Source: Acidobacteriota bacterium
GTDB taxonomy: Bacteria > Acidobacteriota > UBA890 > WLXD01
Direction of reading: 5' to 3'
Length of the DNA stretch: 64,000 bases
Assembly (NCBI GenBank): GCA_965205505.1
Contig: CBDBHB010000008.1
Coordinates: 576,001 to 640,000, forward strand
The notes beneath the pieces were generated by a model. It made no database searches. It saw only the letters and a list, made by a program, of their open reading frames with translations, and was not told the DNA's origin. The translations under genes were made by a program, and so were the position numbers. Shown piece by piece: positions 19,702 through 30,363 of the stretch; the first letter of the stretch is position 1; each line of letters starts with the position of its first letter.

Positions 19702-21243
19702 ATGGAGTATTCACCAAGACGAGCGGAGGACTACGTCGACCTGATCGATGCGGCGGTCGTCTATGAAGTGGCGACGAGGACCCCGCTCGAACTCGCCGGC
19801 AACCTGTCTGCGCGAATCGGCAACCGGATCCTGCTGAAGCGCGAGGACCTGCAGCCGGTCTTCTCGTTCAAGCTCCGGGGTGCATACAACAAGATCGCAT
19901 CGCTCTCGCAGCAGGCGCTGGGCGCTGGGGTCATATGCAGCTCGGCCGGTAACCACGCGCAGGGCGTGGCACTCGCCGCGCGACGGAAAGGCGCGCGGGC
20001 GGTAATCGTCATGCCGGTCACGACACCGAGCATCAAGGTCGATGCCGTCAGGGGGCTGGGAGGCGAGGTGATATTGCATGGCGACACCTACGACGACGCC
20101 TACGTCAGGGCGCGAGAGCTCGAGAAGATCGACGGCCTGACGTTCATCCATCCCTTCGACGATCCCGCGGTCATCGCCGGCCAGGGCACGATCGGCAAGG
20201 AGATCCTCGAGCAGGCGGACGAAGCCGTGAGCGCCGTCTTCGTTCCCATCGGCGGTGGTGGACTCATCTCGGGAATCGCAGCCTATATCAAGGCGAAACG
20301 GCCAGAAATCCGCATGATCGGCGTCGAGCCGGGAGATTCGGCGGTGATGCGAGACTCGGTAGCCGCCGGCGAGCGCATCATCCTGGAGCATGTCGGCAGC
20401 TTTGCCGACGCCGTCGCCGTCAAGCAGGTGGGCGAGGAGACCTTTCGGCTCTGCCGGGAGTTGGTCGACGATTTCGTCACCGTCGACACGGATCAGATCT
20501 GTGCCGCCATTCGCGACATATTCGAGGACACGCGCTCGATCGTCGAGCCTGCCGGAGCGCTGGCGGTCGCTGGCGCGAAGCAATATCTCGCCGAACACGC
20601 GGCGCGGGACGAGACCGTCGTGGTGATCAACGGCGGCGCCAACGTCAACTTCGACCGGCTGCGTCATATCGCCGAGCGCGCCGCCGTCGGTGAACAACAG
20701 GAGATGTTGCTGGCCGTCGAGATCCCGGAGAAACGCGGCAGTTTCAAGGCATTCTCCGAAGCCGTTGGCCGGCGCGGCGTCACCGAATTCAATTACCGCT
20801 ACAGCGACCCGAAGAACGCGCACATCTTCGTCGGCATCGAACTGCGTGGTGGCGCGCGGGAACGAGCGGAACTGATCGAGACGCTGCGGGGGCTCGGCTA
20901 TCGGCTCGACGACCTGAGCGATGACGAGATGGCGAAGCTCCACATCCGGCACATGGTCGGCGGCAGGGCGGCGAACCTCGAAAACGAACGGCTGTTCCGC
21001 TTCGAGTTTCCGGAACGTCCCGGTGCCCTACTCGACTTTCTGACCGCGATCGGCGCGAACTGGAACGTTAGCCTCTTCCACTACAGGAACCACGGCTCCG
21101 ACCACGGCCGGGTCCTCGCCGGCATCCAGGCGCCCGAAGAGGACTCGGACGAACTCGAGGCACACCTCACCGAGCTGGGCTATCCGTACTGGGAGGAGAG
21201 CGACAATCCGTCGTACGCGATGTTCCTGGCCTCGCCCGGCTAG
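19702..21243 (+). CDS. ilvA: Threonine ammonia-lyase, biosynthetic
   Basis: KREDLQPVFSFKLRGAYNK, SAGNHAQGVA, two ACT-like domains (EFNYRY; FEFPERPGAL; LFHYRNHG). Confidence 0.96.
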   Translation: MEYSPRRAEDYVDLIDAAVVYEVATRTPLELAGNLSARIGNRILLKREDLQPVFSFKLRGAYNKIASLSQQALGAGVICSSAGNHAQGVALAARRKGARAVIVMPVTTPSIKVDAVRGLGGEVILHGDTYDDAYVRARELEKIDGLTFIHPFDDPAVIAGQGTIGKEILEQADEAVSAVFVPIGGGGLISGIAAYIKAKRPEIRMIGVEPGDSAVMRDSVAAGERIILEHVGSFADAVAVKQVGEETFRLCRELVDDFVTVDTDQICAAIRDIFEDTRSIVEPAGALAVAGAKQYLAEHAARDETVVVINGGANVNFDRLRHIAERAAVGEQQEMLLAVEIPEKRGSFKAFSEAVGRRGVTEFNYRYSDPKNAHIFVGIELRGGARERAELIETLRGLGYRLDDLSDDEMAKLHIRHMVGGRAANLENERLFRFEFPERPGALLDFLTAIGANWNVSLFHYRNHGSDHGRVLAGIQAPEEDSDELEAHLTELGYPYWEESDNPSYAMFLASPG

Positions 21244-23507
21244 TGGCCTTCCACCACGCGCAGCGGCATCAGCCGGACCGCCTCGGCGGTCGTATCCACT
21301 ACTTGCAGCTCGACCACGTAGTCGCCGGGGTCGAGATACGGCAGCGGCAGAATCCCGCCGAATACGCCCGGACCCTCGGGCCGCAATGGATGGAGCGATA
21401 CCCAGGCGATGGAGTTTCGTGTGGCCTCTTGGAAGATCAAGGCAGAAACGTAGGGGTCCGTCGCGCCGCTGACCTGAACGCTCGCGAAGATCGGGATGCC
21501 CGCGGAGATGCCCTGGTTTAACAAGGGTCTGAGCCCGGCATCGGCCTCCAGAACGCCGAGCATCGGATCCGCCATCGTCCACCCGTCGCTGGACGGAACG
21601 CGCACCTGTAGCCTCGACGTGCCGAATCGGTCACCGCCGCCTTCAGCGATCAGCAGCCGGATATCGTAGGTTCCCGGCTCGACTGACCACTCCGTTGTGT
21701 ACCGGAAGTGTCGGAACGCAGCATCGGGCGCGTACTCCGCCAGATCGGCGCGCGGCCGAACCAACGAGTGAGTCTCGCCGCTGATCTTGCCCGCACTATC
21801 CAACGCGAGGGCATGCACGAGGAAGTACGGGATGCCGAGCACGTCGATCAGCTGCTCGGGGATATCCTCGGCGGAATCGACTCCCCCGAACGCGGGCGCC
21901 CAGCTACCGGTGATCGTCTCTGCGGGCCGCGGCAACCCGGCAACCAGTAGGATCTTGGGCGAGCCGTCGGGCTCAAAGCGGTGGAACGAGGCGGCGGGCA
22001 CAGGACGTCCCATGACTGAGCCCGGCAGCGCCAAGGCTGCGGCCACCTTGCGCGCCCTGAGCTCCGAATCCGGCAGCTCTCGATAGCCTGACCGGGCTCG
22101 CACCTCCGAGTCCGGGTAGCTCACCTGCACCTCGATCGCGTGGTACTCGCCATCCTCGTGTGGCGCCGGTGGCTCATAGAAGATCAAGTAGAACTGCGTC
22201 GAGTCGTTGTACTGCTCCTCGAACGCCCGGTCGAGATCGCTCCAGCCGATGAACGCCCGGCCGCCGGTCTTGGCCGCCAGGTCCACGAGCGGTACGGTTA
22301 GATCGCGATAGGCTTGCCGCACGTGGCGTCGCATGGCCGTGTTGAGCACACCAGAGCCGATGGCGGCACTCTTGCCGAGGCTGTTGAGCTCCGAGATCGG
22401 GCGCGGATCGACCGCGTAAATGCTCACGTTGCCGGTGTTCGCGGTCTCGTACACCTCCTCCATCAGGTCGAGGACGCGCTGGTTGAGTGCCAACCTCGAC
22501 AGAGTCGAAGTTCCCATCGGAGCGTCGACCGCCTCACGCACCGCCGCCGAGAAAGCCGAGTAGGGTCCCCCCTCGGTGATCATCGCACCGGAGGAGATCC
22601 ACACCAGGGCAGTGCGGCCCTCCATTGCCGACAAGGCGTTGGTGAAGTGAAGAAGTGTCCGAAGCGTCTGCTCGCTGCGCAGACGCTCGAGCTCGCCATC
22701 TACCTCGGCCTTTCGCTCGAGGTTCTTGAGAATCACGCCCACCATGACCGGGGTCAAATCGTCGGAGTTCGCCGCTGACGGAGAATTTGCCGCGTCGATC
22801 GCCAGCTGCATGATCGGCTGATACTCCCGCTCCATGCGGCTGAAGATAGACGTGCTCGTCAGCCCTTCCGCCGTCACCGACGCCGCCGCATTGCGAAGCA
22901 CTTCACGATCGGTCGTCAACGGGGCCATCTCCCGAACAGTGCCCGTGCTATCGATCATGAACACGCTGCGCGGCACCTCCAGGTCACCCGCCCCTTCGAA
23001 CAAACTCTCGAGAGTTCTGGTTAGCCGTTGCTTGTTCCTTCGATCCAGGCTCGGCAGGTCGACCAGATAGACCACAGCCCCGAGACTTGCAGAGCTTCGC
23101 CGGATGGGTGTGGGCTCCGCCGGCACAGCGAGCGATTCCTCGCGCGCCGTGACCGTTTCGTCGTGAGAGGCCACGTTGGTGACCTTTCCGCTTGTCAGGC
23201 TGACGAACTGGACGTTCAAGATCTCCTGCTCGACCCCGTCCTCGAAGACCCGGAAGTCGTCCGCCTTCAAGTCGTCGATGAAATTGCCGTCCTTGTCGGT
23301 AACGATGGCGTCGACACGCACGCGCGAAACCGCGGACCGAAACGTCGGCGTCTGCGCCGGCAGCGCCTCCTGAGCCAGCATCACACTAGACGTCGCACTC
23401 CAGCTCGCGCCGGCCACCGCGACGGCACTCGCAGCCGGTAGCCCGACGACGGTCAACGCCAGGACGAAGCCGAAGAACCGAATTGCGTGCTCACGCTCTT
23501 TCACCAA
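21240..23507 (-). CDS. VWA domain protein (acidobacterial VWFA-related)
   Basis: TPTFRSAVSRVRVDAIVTDKDG..DLKADDFRVFEDGVEQEI; GRTALVWISSG; IYAVDP; LAAKTGGRA; VRARSGY. Confidence 0.85.
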   Translation of the reverse strand: MVKEREHAIRFFGFVLALTVVGLPAASAVAVAGASWSATSSVMLAQEALPAQTPTFRSAVSRVRVDAIVTDKDGNFIDDLKADDFRVFEDGVEQEILNVQFVSLTSGKVTNVASHDETVTAREESLAVPAEPTPIRRSSASLGAVVYLVDLPSLDRRNKQRLTRTLESLFEGAGDLEVPRSVFMIDSTGTVREMAPLTTDREVLRNAAASVTAEGLTSTSIFSRMEREYQPIMQLAIDAANSPSAANSDDLTPVMVGVILKNLERKAEVDGELERLRSEQTLRTLLHFTNALSAMEGRTALVWISSGAMITEGGPYSAFSAAVREAVDAPMGTSTLSRLALNQRVLDLMEEVYETANTGNVSIYAVDPRPISELNSLGKSAAIGSGVLNTAMRRHVRQAYRDLTVPLVDLAAKTGGRAFIGWSDLDRAFEEQYNDSTQFYLIFYEPPAPHEDGEYHAIEVQVSYPDSEVRARSGYRELPDSELRARKVAAALALPGSVMGRPVPAASFHRFEPDGSPKILLVAGLPRPAETITGSWAPAFGGVDSAEDIPEQLIDVLGIPYFLVHALALDSAGKISGETHSLVRPRADLAEYAPDAAFRHFRYTTEWSVEPGTYDIRLLIAEGGGDRFGTSRLQVRVPSSDGWTMADPMLGVLEADAGLRPLLNQGISAGIPIFASVQVSGATDPYVSALIFQEATRNSIAWVSLHPLRPEGPGVFGGILPLPYLDPGDYVVELQVVDTTAEAVRLMPLRVVEGH

Positions 23508-23626
23508 AGATCTCCTGCGCCCAAGGGCACCTCACACATCACCGCCCCAAACCTACCTGCTGGCGGCGCGCCGGTTCAACTCCCAGGCGATCGTCGACAA
23601 CGAATCTTCGTAAGCTGTTGAAAAAA

Positions 23627-23651
23627 AGTACCGAGGGAGGGACTCGAACCC
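23627..23651 (-). other. att-site relic: tRNA-Leu 3' end fragment (copy 1)
   Basis: Minus strand GGGTTCGAGTCCCTCCCTCGGTACT; 21 bp identical to 35214-35234; no D-arm or anticodon arm. Confidence 0.75.
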
Positions 23652-23760
23652 CGACTGCCCGAGTGATCTCCTTCGCCGTCTACACTATCGAACCCAACGC
23701 GGGGCGACGCCAGGTCGCGGCGCGCGCGTGTGTCGAAAACCAGCCAAGGAAGATGGAAGA

Positions 23761-25371
23761 ATGAGAAGTCTTGCTGCCGTCACCCTTGCGGGTGTTTTGT
23801 TGTCGGCCTGCGCGACCAGCCGGGGTACCGACACTCGAGCCGTGATTGCGGCGCCGGGAACTGGCAGCACGCCCGAGTTTCTCCAACCTATCGATCTGAT
23901 TCCGTCCGCTCTCGGACCCTTCACTTGGACCATCAGCACCAGCGAGCCACGAGCCCAGGAATACTTCGACCAGGGGATGCAGCTCCGGTATGCCTACAAC
24001 GTGACGGAGGCAGCGCGCTCGATGGCCGAGGCGAGGCGCCTGGATCCGCAGTGCGCGATGTGCTTCTGGGGTGAGGCCTTCGCCCTGGGCTCGTTTCTCA
24101 ACGGCGGCATGAGCGTCGATCGATCGCGGCGGGCGCACGCGGCGATCGAGGAAGCAGTCGCTCTTTCCAGCAGCGCGACAGCTATCGAGCGTGACCTGAT
24201 CCTGGCGGCGCGAGATCGCTACCCCGCGGACTACGACCCTGAACAACGGCGCCCAATCGACGAGTCGTTCGCCGAGGAAATGGCGAAGGTGTACGAGAAG
24301 TACCGGGACCATCCCGAGGTAGCCGTCGTCTATGCGGTGGCTCTGTTCCTGCTCGAGGAGAGACTCGGTCACCGAGATGTCGAGGACCCCGACCTGATTC
24401 GACTTCACGGAGTGCTGACCGGCGTTCTGGAGGACAACGTCGAGCATCCGGGCGCCTGCCACCTCTACGTCCACGCCACGGAGTCGAGCCAACACCCGGA
24501 GTTGGCGCTCGAGTGTGTTGAACACCTCGGTCGGTCGGTGCCGGTGGCCAGCCACGTCCAGCACATGCCCTCGCATACCTGGAACGAGGTCGGTCTGTGG
24601 GGGCGGTCGGTCCAGGCCAACGTTGCGGCCGGGCACTCGGACCAAAAAGCGGCGAAGAAGCTCGGCTTCTCCTACGGGAGGACTCACAACCTGCACATGC
24701 TGCTGTTCGCCGCCTCGATGGACGGACAAGGCGCGATCGCGACCCAGGCAGGCAAGGATTTCGCGAAGCTCGGCGGCAACACGATGCATCAGGTGTTGAC
24801 CCTTCTGCGTTTCGGTCGTTTCGACGAGATCCTCCAAGTCAAGAAGCGCCCCTCGGCTGAGGTTGCTCGCGGCTTCTGGGAGTTCGCCCAAGGCTATGCC
24901 GAGCTGCGGACCGGCGACGCTGCGGCCGCGCACAAACATCTGGCGTGGGTTCAGGACCTGGCGCAGCATTCCGAGGCAACACTCGGGTTTCACCCAGCCA
25001 AACAGCTGATGGGCCTCGCAGCGGCGATCCTCGAAGGCGAGATCCTCCGCGCCCAGGGCGACCTCCGAGCCGCGATCGACGCATTCGAGCGCGCGGCCGC
25101 TCTCGACGACCAGCAGCAATACGACGAGCCCGAGCCGATCCCGTTCGCAGCCCGCCACTGGCTTGGCGCAGCACTCCTTCAGGCCGGGCGCCCGGCCGAA
25201 GCGGAGGACGTGTACCGGACCGAGCTCGCGGACCATCCGCACAACGTTTGGTCGCTCCACGGCCTGAGAGCCGCATTGGAGGCCCAAGGCAAGACCGACC
25301 CGGAGGTGGAGCGAGACTTCGCCCAGAGCACTGCCCGAAGTGACACCTGGATCACTGCCTCCCGGTTCTAG
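23761..25371 (+). CDS. TPR-containing lipoprotein
   Basis: Lipobox LLSAC; AQEYFDQG; CAMCFWGEA; HPGACHLYVHATE; HVQHMPSH; C-terminal TPRs. Confidence 0.85.
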   Translation: MRSLAAVTLAGVLLSACATSRGTDTRAVIAAPGTGSTPEFLQPIDLIPSALGPFTWTISTSEPRAQEYFDQGMQLRYAYNVTEAARSMAEARRLDPQCAMCFWGEAFALGSFLNGGMSVDRSRRAHAAIEEAVALSSSATAIERDLILAARDRYPADYDPEQRRPIDESFAEEMAKVYEKYRDHPEVAVVYAVALFLLEERLGHRDVEDPDLIRLHGVLTGVLEDNVEHPGACHLYVHATESSQHPELALECVEHLGRSVPVASHVQHMPSHTWNEVGLWGRSVQANVAAGHSDQKAAKKLGFSYGRTHNLHMLLFAASMDGQGAIATQAGKDFAKLGGNTMHQVLTLLRFGRFDEILQVKKRPSAEVARGFWEFAQGYAELRTGDAAAAHKHLAWVQDLAQHSEATLGFHPAKQLMGLAAAILEGEILRAQGDLRAAIDAFERAAALDDQQQYDEPEPIPFAARHWLGAALLQAGRPAEAEDVYRTELADHPHNVWSLHGLRAALEAQGKTDPEVERDFAQSTARSDTWITASRF

Positions 25372-25574
25372 CGCGAACCAGCGAACCAAAACGCTCGTGG
25401 GCCGAGTTGCGGCCCCGGAGTGGCCTCCGCGACCTTGGTTGCGCTCAAGCCTCGAGGGCCGTCAGAGGGCGCTTTCGGGCCCTCGCCAGGAGCCGCTCTA
25501 GCTCATGTTCGATGTTGGTACGTCGAACATCGGGAGCGTTCTGCGAGGCGACCTGAGCGTGATAGCTTGCTCGG

Positions 25575-26972
25575 ATGAATCGCCTCGTGCTCTGCACGGT
25601 CGGGTCAGCCCTGCTGGCGCTCATGGGCACATCCGCCGTTGGTCAAGACCAGTGGCCACGGTTCCGCGGCCCGCACGCGGGTGCCGTTGCCGACGATCCC
25701 GCCCTGCCCGACGCCTGGAGCGAGACCGACAACATCGTCTGGAAGATCGACATTCCCGGGCAGAGCTGGAGCTCGCCTGTGGTATGGGGCAATCACGTCT
25801 TCGTCACCTCCGCGGTCAGCGCCGGTGACGAGCCCGCTCCGGTACCTGGCCTCTACGAGGAGGGCCACGACTTCGGGGGGATAAAAACATCGGAGCAGCA
25901 TCGCTGGGTGGTGTACGACGTCGACTTCGCTACCGGAAACCTCAACTGGGAGCGCCAGCTGCACCGCGCCAACCCGCCCTTCGCCAAACACATCAAGAAC
26001 ACCTACGCGACCGAAACGCCGGTCACGGACGGCCGACATCTGTACGTGTACTTCGGCAGTATCGGTCTCGTCGGCGCCTTGAGCATGAGCGGCGAGACCG
26101 TCTGGACCACGAAGGTCGATGTGTTCGAGACGCGGTGGCAGTATGGCCCGGCTGCCTCGCCGGCCCTGCACGACGACCGTCTTTACATCCTCAACGACAA
26201 CGCCACCGGAACGTTCCTCGTTGCCTTCGACACGGAGACCGGCGAGGAGATCTGGAGGGTACTTCGCGAGGAGCACGGCGGGGCGAACTGGTCGAGGAGC
26301 TGGTCAACGCCGTTCGTATGGGAAAACGAGCTGCGCACCGAGATCGTTACGGCAGGAGCCGCCGGCGTCCGGTCGTACGATCTCGATGGCAACCTGCTGT
26401 GGCAGATCGACGGTATGTCGTCGATGACCGTACCCACACCGTTCGCCAAGCACGGGCTGGTCTATATCAGTGCGGGCTACCCAGGGGGAGCGCTGCGTCC
26501 GGTCTACGCTGTTCGCCCCGGCGCCTCGGGCGACATCACGCTCTGGGAAAAGGGTGGCCCGTCGACCGCTTTCCCCGGCCCGCTGAGATCATCAGAACAC
26601 ATCGCCTGGTCGTACCCACTGCTCGGTCCTTACAGCGTGTCGACGCTGGTGTACGGGGACTACCACTACACGTTGCTCGACCGGGGGTTCCTTCTCTGCC
26701 ACGACGCTCGCACCGGAGAAGAGATCTACGGCCGCCAGCGCATCGAGATCGGCAACGGTTTCACCGCCTCGCCGTGGGGCTACAACGGCAAGATCTTCCT
26801 GCTGAGCGAGGACGGCGATACGTTCGTGGTGCAAGCGGGGCCGGAGTTCAAGATACTCGGCAAGAATGCGCTCGATGAGATGTCGCTGGCAACGCCGGCC
26901 GTGGTGCGCGGAAGCGTGATTCTGCGGACGCAATCGAAGCTCTACCGGATCGCCAGAGGCACGCAGCGATGA
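25575..26972 (+). CDS. PQQ-binding-like beta-propeller protein (BamB-like)
   Basis: WPRFRGP; WKIDIPGQSWSSPVVWG; repeated W..S/TP motifs. Confidence 0.88.
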   Translation: MNRLVLCTVGSALLALMGTSAVGQDQWPRFRGPHAGAVADDPALPDAWSETDNIVWKIDIPGQSWSSPVVWGNHVFVTSAVSAGDEPAPVPGLYEEGHDFGGIKTSEQHRWVVYDVDFATGNLNWERQLHRANPPFAKHIKNTYATETPVTDGRHLYVYFGSIGLVGALSMSGETVWTTKVDVFETRWQYGPAASPALHDDRLYILNDNATGTFLVAFDTETGEEIWRVLREEHGGANWSRSWSTPFVWENELRTEIVTAGAAGVRSYDLDGNLLWQIDGMSSMTVPTPFAKHGLVYISAGYPGGALRPVYAVRPGASGDITLWEKGGPSTAFPGPLRSSEHIAWSYPLLGPYSVSTLVYGDYHYTLLDRGFLLCHDARTGEEIYGRQRIEIGNGFTASPWGYNGKIFLLSEDGDTFVVQAGPEFKILGKNALDEMSLATPAVVRGSVILRTQSKLYRIARGTQR

Positions 26973-26976
26973 GCCG

Positions 26977-27993
26977 ATGAGTCGCCGCTGGGCGCTGCCG
27001 GCCCGGTGCGCCCCGGTCTTCGTTGCCCTGGTCTTCGTTGCCCCGGTGCCTGGCGCCGTGCCGGCAATCACTCAAGGAGTGCACCTCGAACAGGTCGGCT
27101 CGATTCCCGTGCCGGCGGCGCCGCGGGCGGGGTATCTGGCTAGCCAGGTGACGGCACGCGATGACTACGCCTACATCTCGCTAGGCAAGGCCTTCACGAT
27201 CTACGAGGTCTCGGATCCAGCCGCACCGCAGCGCCTGGGATCGTACGAGTTCCCCGACGAGATCTGGAGGTTCAGGATCACCGGCTCGCGTGCGTACGTC
27301 GGCGCCAACTTCTTCGGGCTCGGCATCCTCGACCTGTCGGATCCGACGGCGCCGAGGCTCGTAGGCACGCACGACACACTCGGTCAGGCCTCGATCGCGG
27401 CGGCCTTCGAAACCAAGGTCGTGATCATCGACCACATGGAAGGCCTGGTGATGGTCGACGTATCTGACGAGGCCGAGCCAGTGCTAGTCGGTTCTTACTA
27501 CCTTGACGGCTACGCTCGCGATGTCGTCACGCTCGGGTCGCTGGCGTTTGCGACGGAATCGCCCAGCGGACTCTATGTGTTCGACCTCTCGAGGCCGGGC
27601 CCACCAGAGCCGGTCAGCATACTCCACGCTGCCGGCGCGCCGCGGGCGATCGAGGTGTCGTCCGCGGGTGGTGGGTCGACGCTCCTATGCGGTGCCAGCG
27701 GCGGCGATCTCCAGGTGTACGACGTGTCGGATCCGCTGGCGCCGGTCAGGGCGGCGACGTTCGAGACGCCAGGTCGTGCCGAGCACGTGGCGCTAGATGG
27801 TGCGGTCGCCTACGTTGCCGACGGCGAGGCGGGAATTCAGATCGTGGATCTGTCAACGCCCACGGAGCCGAGACTGCTCGGCTCCTACGAATTGGCAAGG
27901 CGGGCGCACTATGTGTCTGTCGCCGGCTCACACGTCTTCGTCGTCGCGGGCGACGAGGAAGACGCGGAAGTGGTGATCCTGAGACGGTTCTGA
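26977..27993 (+). CDS. LVIVD repeat protein
   Basis: Repeats GLGILDLSDPTAP, GLVMVDVSDEAEP, GLYVFDLS, GIQIVDLSTPTEP. Confidence 0.85.
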   Translation: MSRRWALPARCAPVFVALVFVAPVPGAVPAITQGVHLEQVGSIPVPAAPRAGYLASQVTARDDYAYISLGKAFTIYEVSDPAAPQRLGSYEFPDEIWRFRITGSRAYVGANFFGLGILDLSDPTAPRLVGTHDTLGQASIAAAFETKVVIIDHMEGLVMVDVSDEAEPVLVGSYYLDGYARDVVTLGSLAFATESPSGLYVFDLSRPGPPEPVSILHAAGAPRAIEVSSAGGGSTLLCGASGGDLQVYDVSDPLAPVRAATFETPGRAEHVALDGAVAYVADGEAGIQIVDLSTPTEPRLLGSYELARRAHYVSVAGSHVFVVAGDEEDAEVVILRRF

Positions 27994-28237
27994 CGAGCCA
28001 ACGTCGGCAATGCTGGAACGTCCCCGCATCGACTCTGGTCTCTTCAACATGTCCGATGCTGGGGCTGATCGCGAGGAGATCATCGGCCCCGTGAGGTGCT
28101 CGGCGGGGTAGCGACAGTGCCAGCCGCCGTGGGAGAGTCGGGGGCGCGGCAGGGCCAAACGGGTCGCCCCCTGCGGCACGATAGGATCGCAGCTTCATGG
28201 CGCGGGCGACGAGGCGCAGAGAACGGAGCCGGGTTCG

Positions 28238-30175
28238 ATGAGCAGGAAGCGCGATGAAGCCGCCAACCTCGAGCGTGGTGGCGAACCGCCCGGCGAACAG
28301 CATCTCGCAACAATCCGCCTACTGAGGCCGAAGACCGTATGGACGCGAGCGCGCAGCGCGATCCTGTCGAGCAGCTTCCGGTTGACTCTCGTGGGAACGA
28401 TCGCGCTGACGGTGAGCTGCGATGCCGTGGACGACGGGAGCGGCGGATCCGCCGCCGGCGCCGACTGGGTGCTCACCGGCGGCGACATCGTGACGATGGA
28501 CGACGCCAACCCGTCGGCCACCGCGATGGCGGTCGCGGACGGCGAGTTCACCTACGTGGGGGACGATGCCGGCGCGGCGGCCTTCGTGTCCGATGCCACG
28601 CGCACGGTCGATCTGACCGGACGCCTCGTGTTCCCTGGCCTCATCGACGGGCACACGCATCCCGGCTACATAGACCTCGAGGACTACGACGGGTCCGTCA
28701 GCGGCTCCAGCCGCGAGGAGTTCCTCGAATCGCTGCGCAACCACGTCGAGAGCTATCCGGGGGAGGGGTGGATCCGACTTTGCTGCTGGCCCAACGAGGC
28801 GTTCGTCGACGGGGCCACGGGGCCGCACCGACGCGACCTCGACCGCATCGTCGCCGACCGGCCGCTGTGGATCGCCAGCCGTTTCTGGCACAGCTACTGG
28901 CTAAACTCGAAGGCGCTCGAGGCGCTCGGGGTCGACGCCAGCACGCCCGATCCGCGGCCCGGAGTCGCCATGTACGCCCGCGACGCCGACGGCGTCCCCA
29001 CCGGGTGGGTCAAGGAGGGGGCCGGCTGGCAGCACCTGGCGTCGCAGTTCGATCCCGACGACGACGAGCACGAGGCCAGCGTCGTGGCCTTCCTGCAGAC
29101 GCTGTCGGAGAACGGCGTGACGACGGTCTACGACGGCGGCAACTTCGGCTACGAGGACCACGTATACGCCCTGCTGGCCCGTCTCGACCGTGCCGGTGAG
29201 TTGCCGCTGCGCTACGAGGGCACCTACCAGGTGTTCGTTCCCGAGCGTCGCTTCGCGGCGGTTGAGGAGATGCGTCGGCTGCAGCGGACGTATGGCGGCG
29301 AGCGGTTAAGGTTCCGCACCGTCAAGTTGTTCATGGACGGCATCAACGCCAATCGCTCCGGAGCCTTGCTCGAGCCCTACGCCGACGACCCTGGCTCCTC
29401 CGGCAACACCATGATGTCGGTGCCCGACTTGTCGGACTTCATCCTCGAGCTGCACGAGGCGCAGCTCGACCTGCACGTGCACACCATCGGCGACCGTGCG
29501 GTGCGTGCCACCCTCGATGCCGTGGAGGCGGCGAGGGCTGCGGTCGCGGGCGAGCTGTACACCCGCGTCACGCTGTCCCACCTGCAGCTCATCGACCCCG
29601 CCGACATACCGCGCTTCGCGCCGCTCGACGTCTCCGCCAACTTCACGGCGTGGTGGTTCGCCGGCGCGAATGCCGGCAGCTCAGGGGCACGAGGCATGGG
29701 CTCGGAGCGCACGGAGCGCACCTACATGGCCAAGTCGATGTTCGACGCCGGCGCCCGTGTGACCCTCTCCAGCGACGACTGGGGCCTTTCGGTCATCAGC
29801 CCGTTTCTGACCATCCACGGTGCCCACACACGCGTGGCGCCGCCTCGGCCGCCGCGAGGCGGGGATAGGACTCGACCGCCTCTACCTCCCGCCAGCGAAC
29901 GCGTCGATATGCATACGATCCTGCGCGGGTTCACCATCAACGGCGCCTACCCGTTCCGCTTGGAGGATCGCATCGGCTCGATAGAAGTCGGCAAGCTGGC
30001 CGATCTGGTGGTGCTCGACGAGGACTTGTTCACGATCGACCCCAAGGACATTCCCGACGTGCACCCTTCGGCGGTGATGATGGAGGGCGTGCTGGTCCAC
30101 GGCGATCTGCCGGGCGTGTCGTCGACGGCGATCGTCGATGAGGGCGGTGCGGGCAGCGCTGCGGCGGAGCAGTAG
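28238..30175 (+). CDS. Amidohydrolase (YtcJ/Amidohydro_3), probable lipoprotein
   Basis: PGLIDGHTH, VKLFMDG, HTIGDRA, SSDDW, IGSIEVGKLADLVVLD; start uncertain. Confidence 0.9.
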   Translation: MSRKRDEAANLERGGEPPGEQHLATIRLLRPKTVWTRARSAILSSSFRLTLVGTIALTVSCDAVDDGSGGSAAGADWVLTGGDIVTMDDANPSATAMAVADGEFTYVGDDAGAAAFVSDATRTVDLTGRLVFPGLIDGHTHPGYIDLEDYDGSVSGSSREEFLESLRNHVESYPGEGWIRLCCWPNEAFVDGATGPHRRDLDRIVADRPLWIASRFWHSYWLNSKALEALGVDASTPDPRPGVAMYARDADGVPTGWVKEGAGWQHLASQFDPDDDEHEASVVAFLQTLSENGVTTVYDGGNFGYEDHVYALLARLDRAGELPLRYEGTYQVFVPERRFAAVEEMRRLQRTYGGERLRFRTVKLFMDGINANRSGALLEPYADDPGSSGNTMMSVPDLSDFILELHEAQLDLHVHTIGDRAVRATLDAVEAARAAVAGELYTRVTLSHLQLIDPADIPRFAPLDVSANFTAWWFAGANAGSSGARGMGSERTERTYMAKSMFDAGARVTLSSDDWGLSVISPFLTIHGAHTRVAPPRPPRGGDRTRPPLPPASERVDMHTILRGFTINGAYPFRLEDRIGSIEVGKLADLVVLDEDLFTIDPKDIPDVHPSAVMMEGVLVHGDLPGVSSTAIVDEGGAGSAAAEQ

Positions 30176-30230
30176 ACGAGCCTGGCGAGTTCAGCCAACC
30201 ACGCAGCGCGCTGCGCGGCGACTAACCGGA

Positions 30231-30363
30231 CGGTACTGTCAAGTTAAGCTGATTCTTGCCCGCTTAGGCGCCTCGCCCAGACCGCAAACGCCCGAATACC
30301 AGGGGTTTCCTGTCCTACGGGTCACGCGTTTCTTGCCGATTTCGAGTTAACTTGACAGTACCG
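30231..30363. mobile_element. MITE copy 2 with IS4-like terminal inverted repeats
   Basis: CGGTACTGTCAAGTTAA ... TTAACTTGACAGTACCG, a perfect 17-bp TIR; near-identical to 1652-1783. Confidence 0.85.

Noticed and set aside
23680-25389. Long antisense ORFs (also 19711-20952, 10018-11187, 31562-32740, 47849-49063 and others)
   Set aside because: Shadow frames of well-supported genes in GC-rich DNA, with no recognisable motifs.
27015-27043. GGTCTTCGTTGCCC tandem repeat
   Set aside because: A simple in-frame duplication within a signal peptide (VFVALVFVAP).
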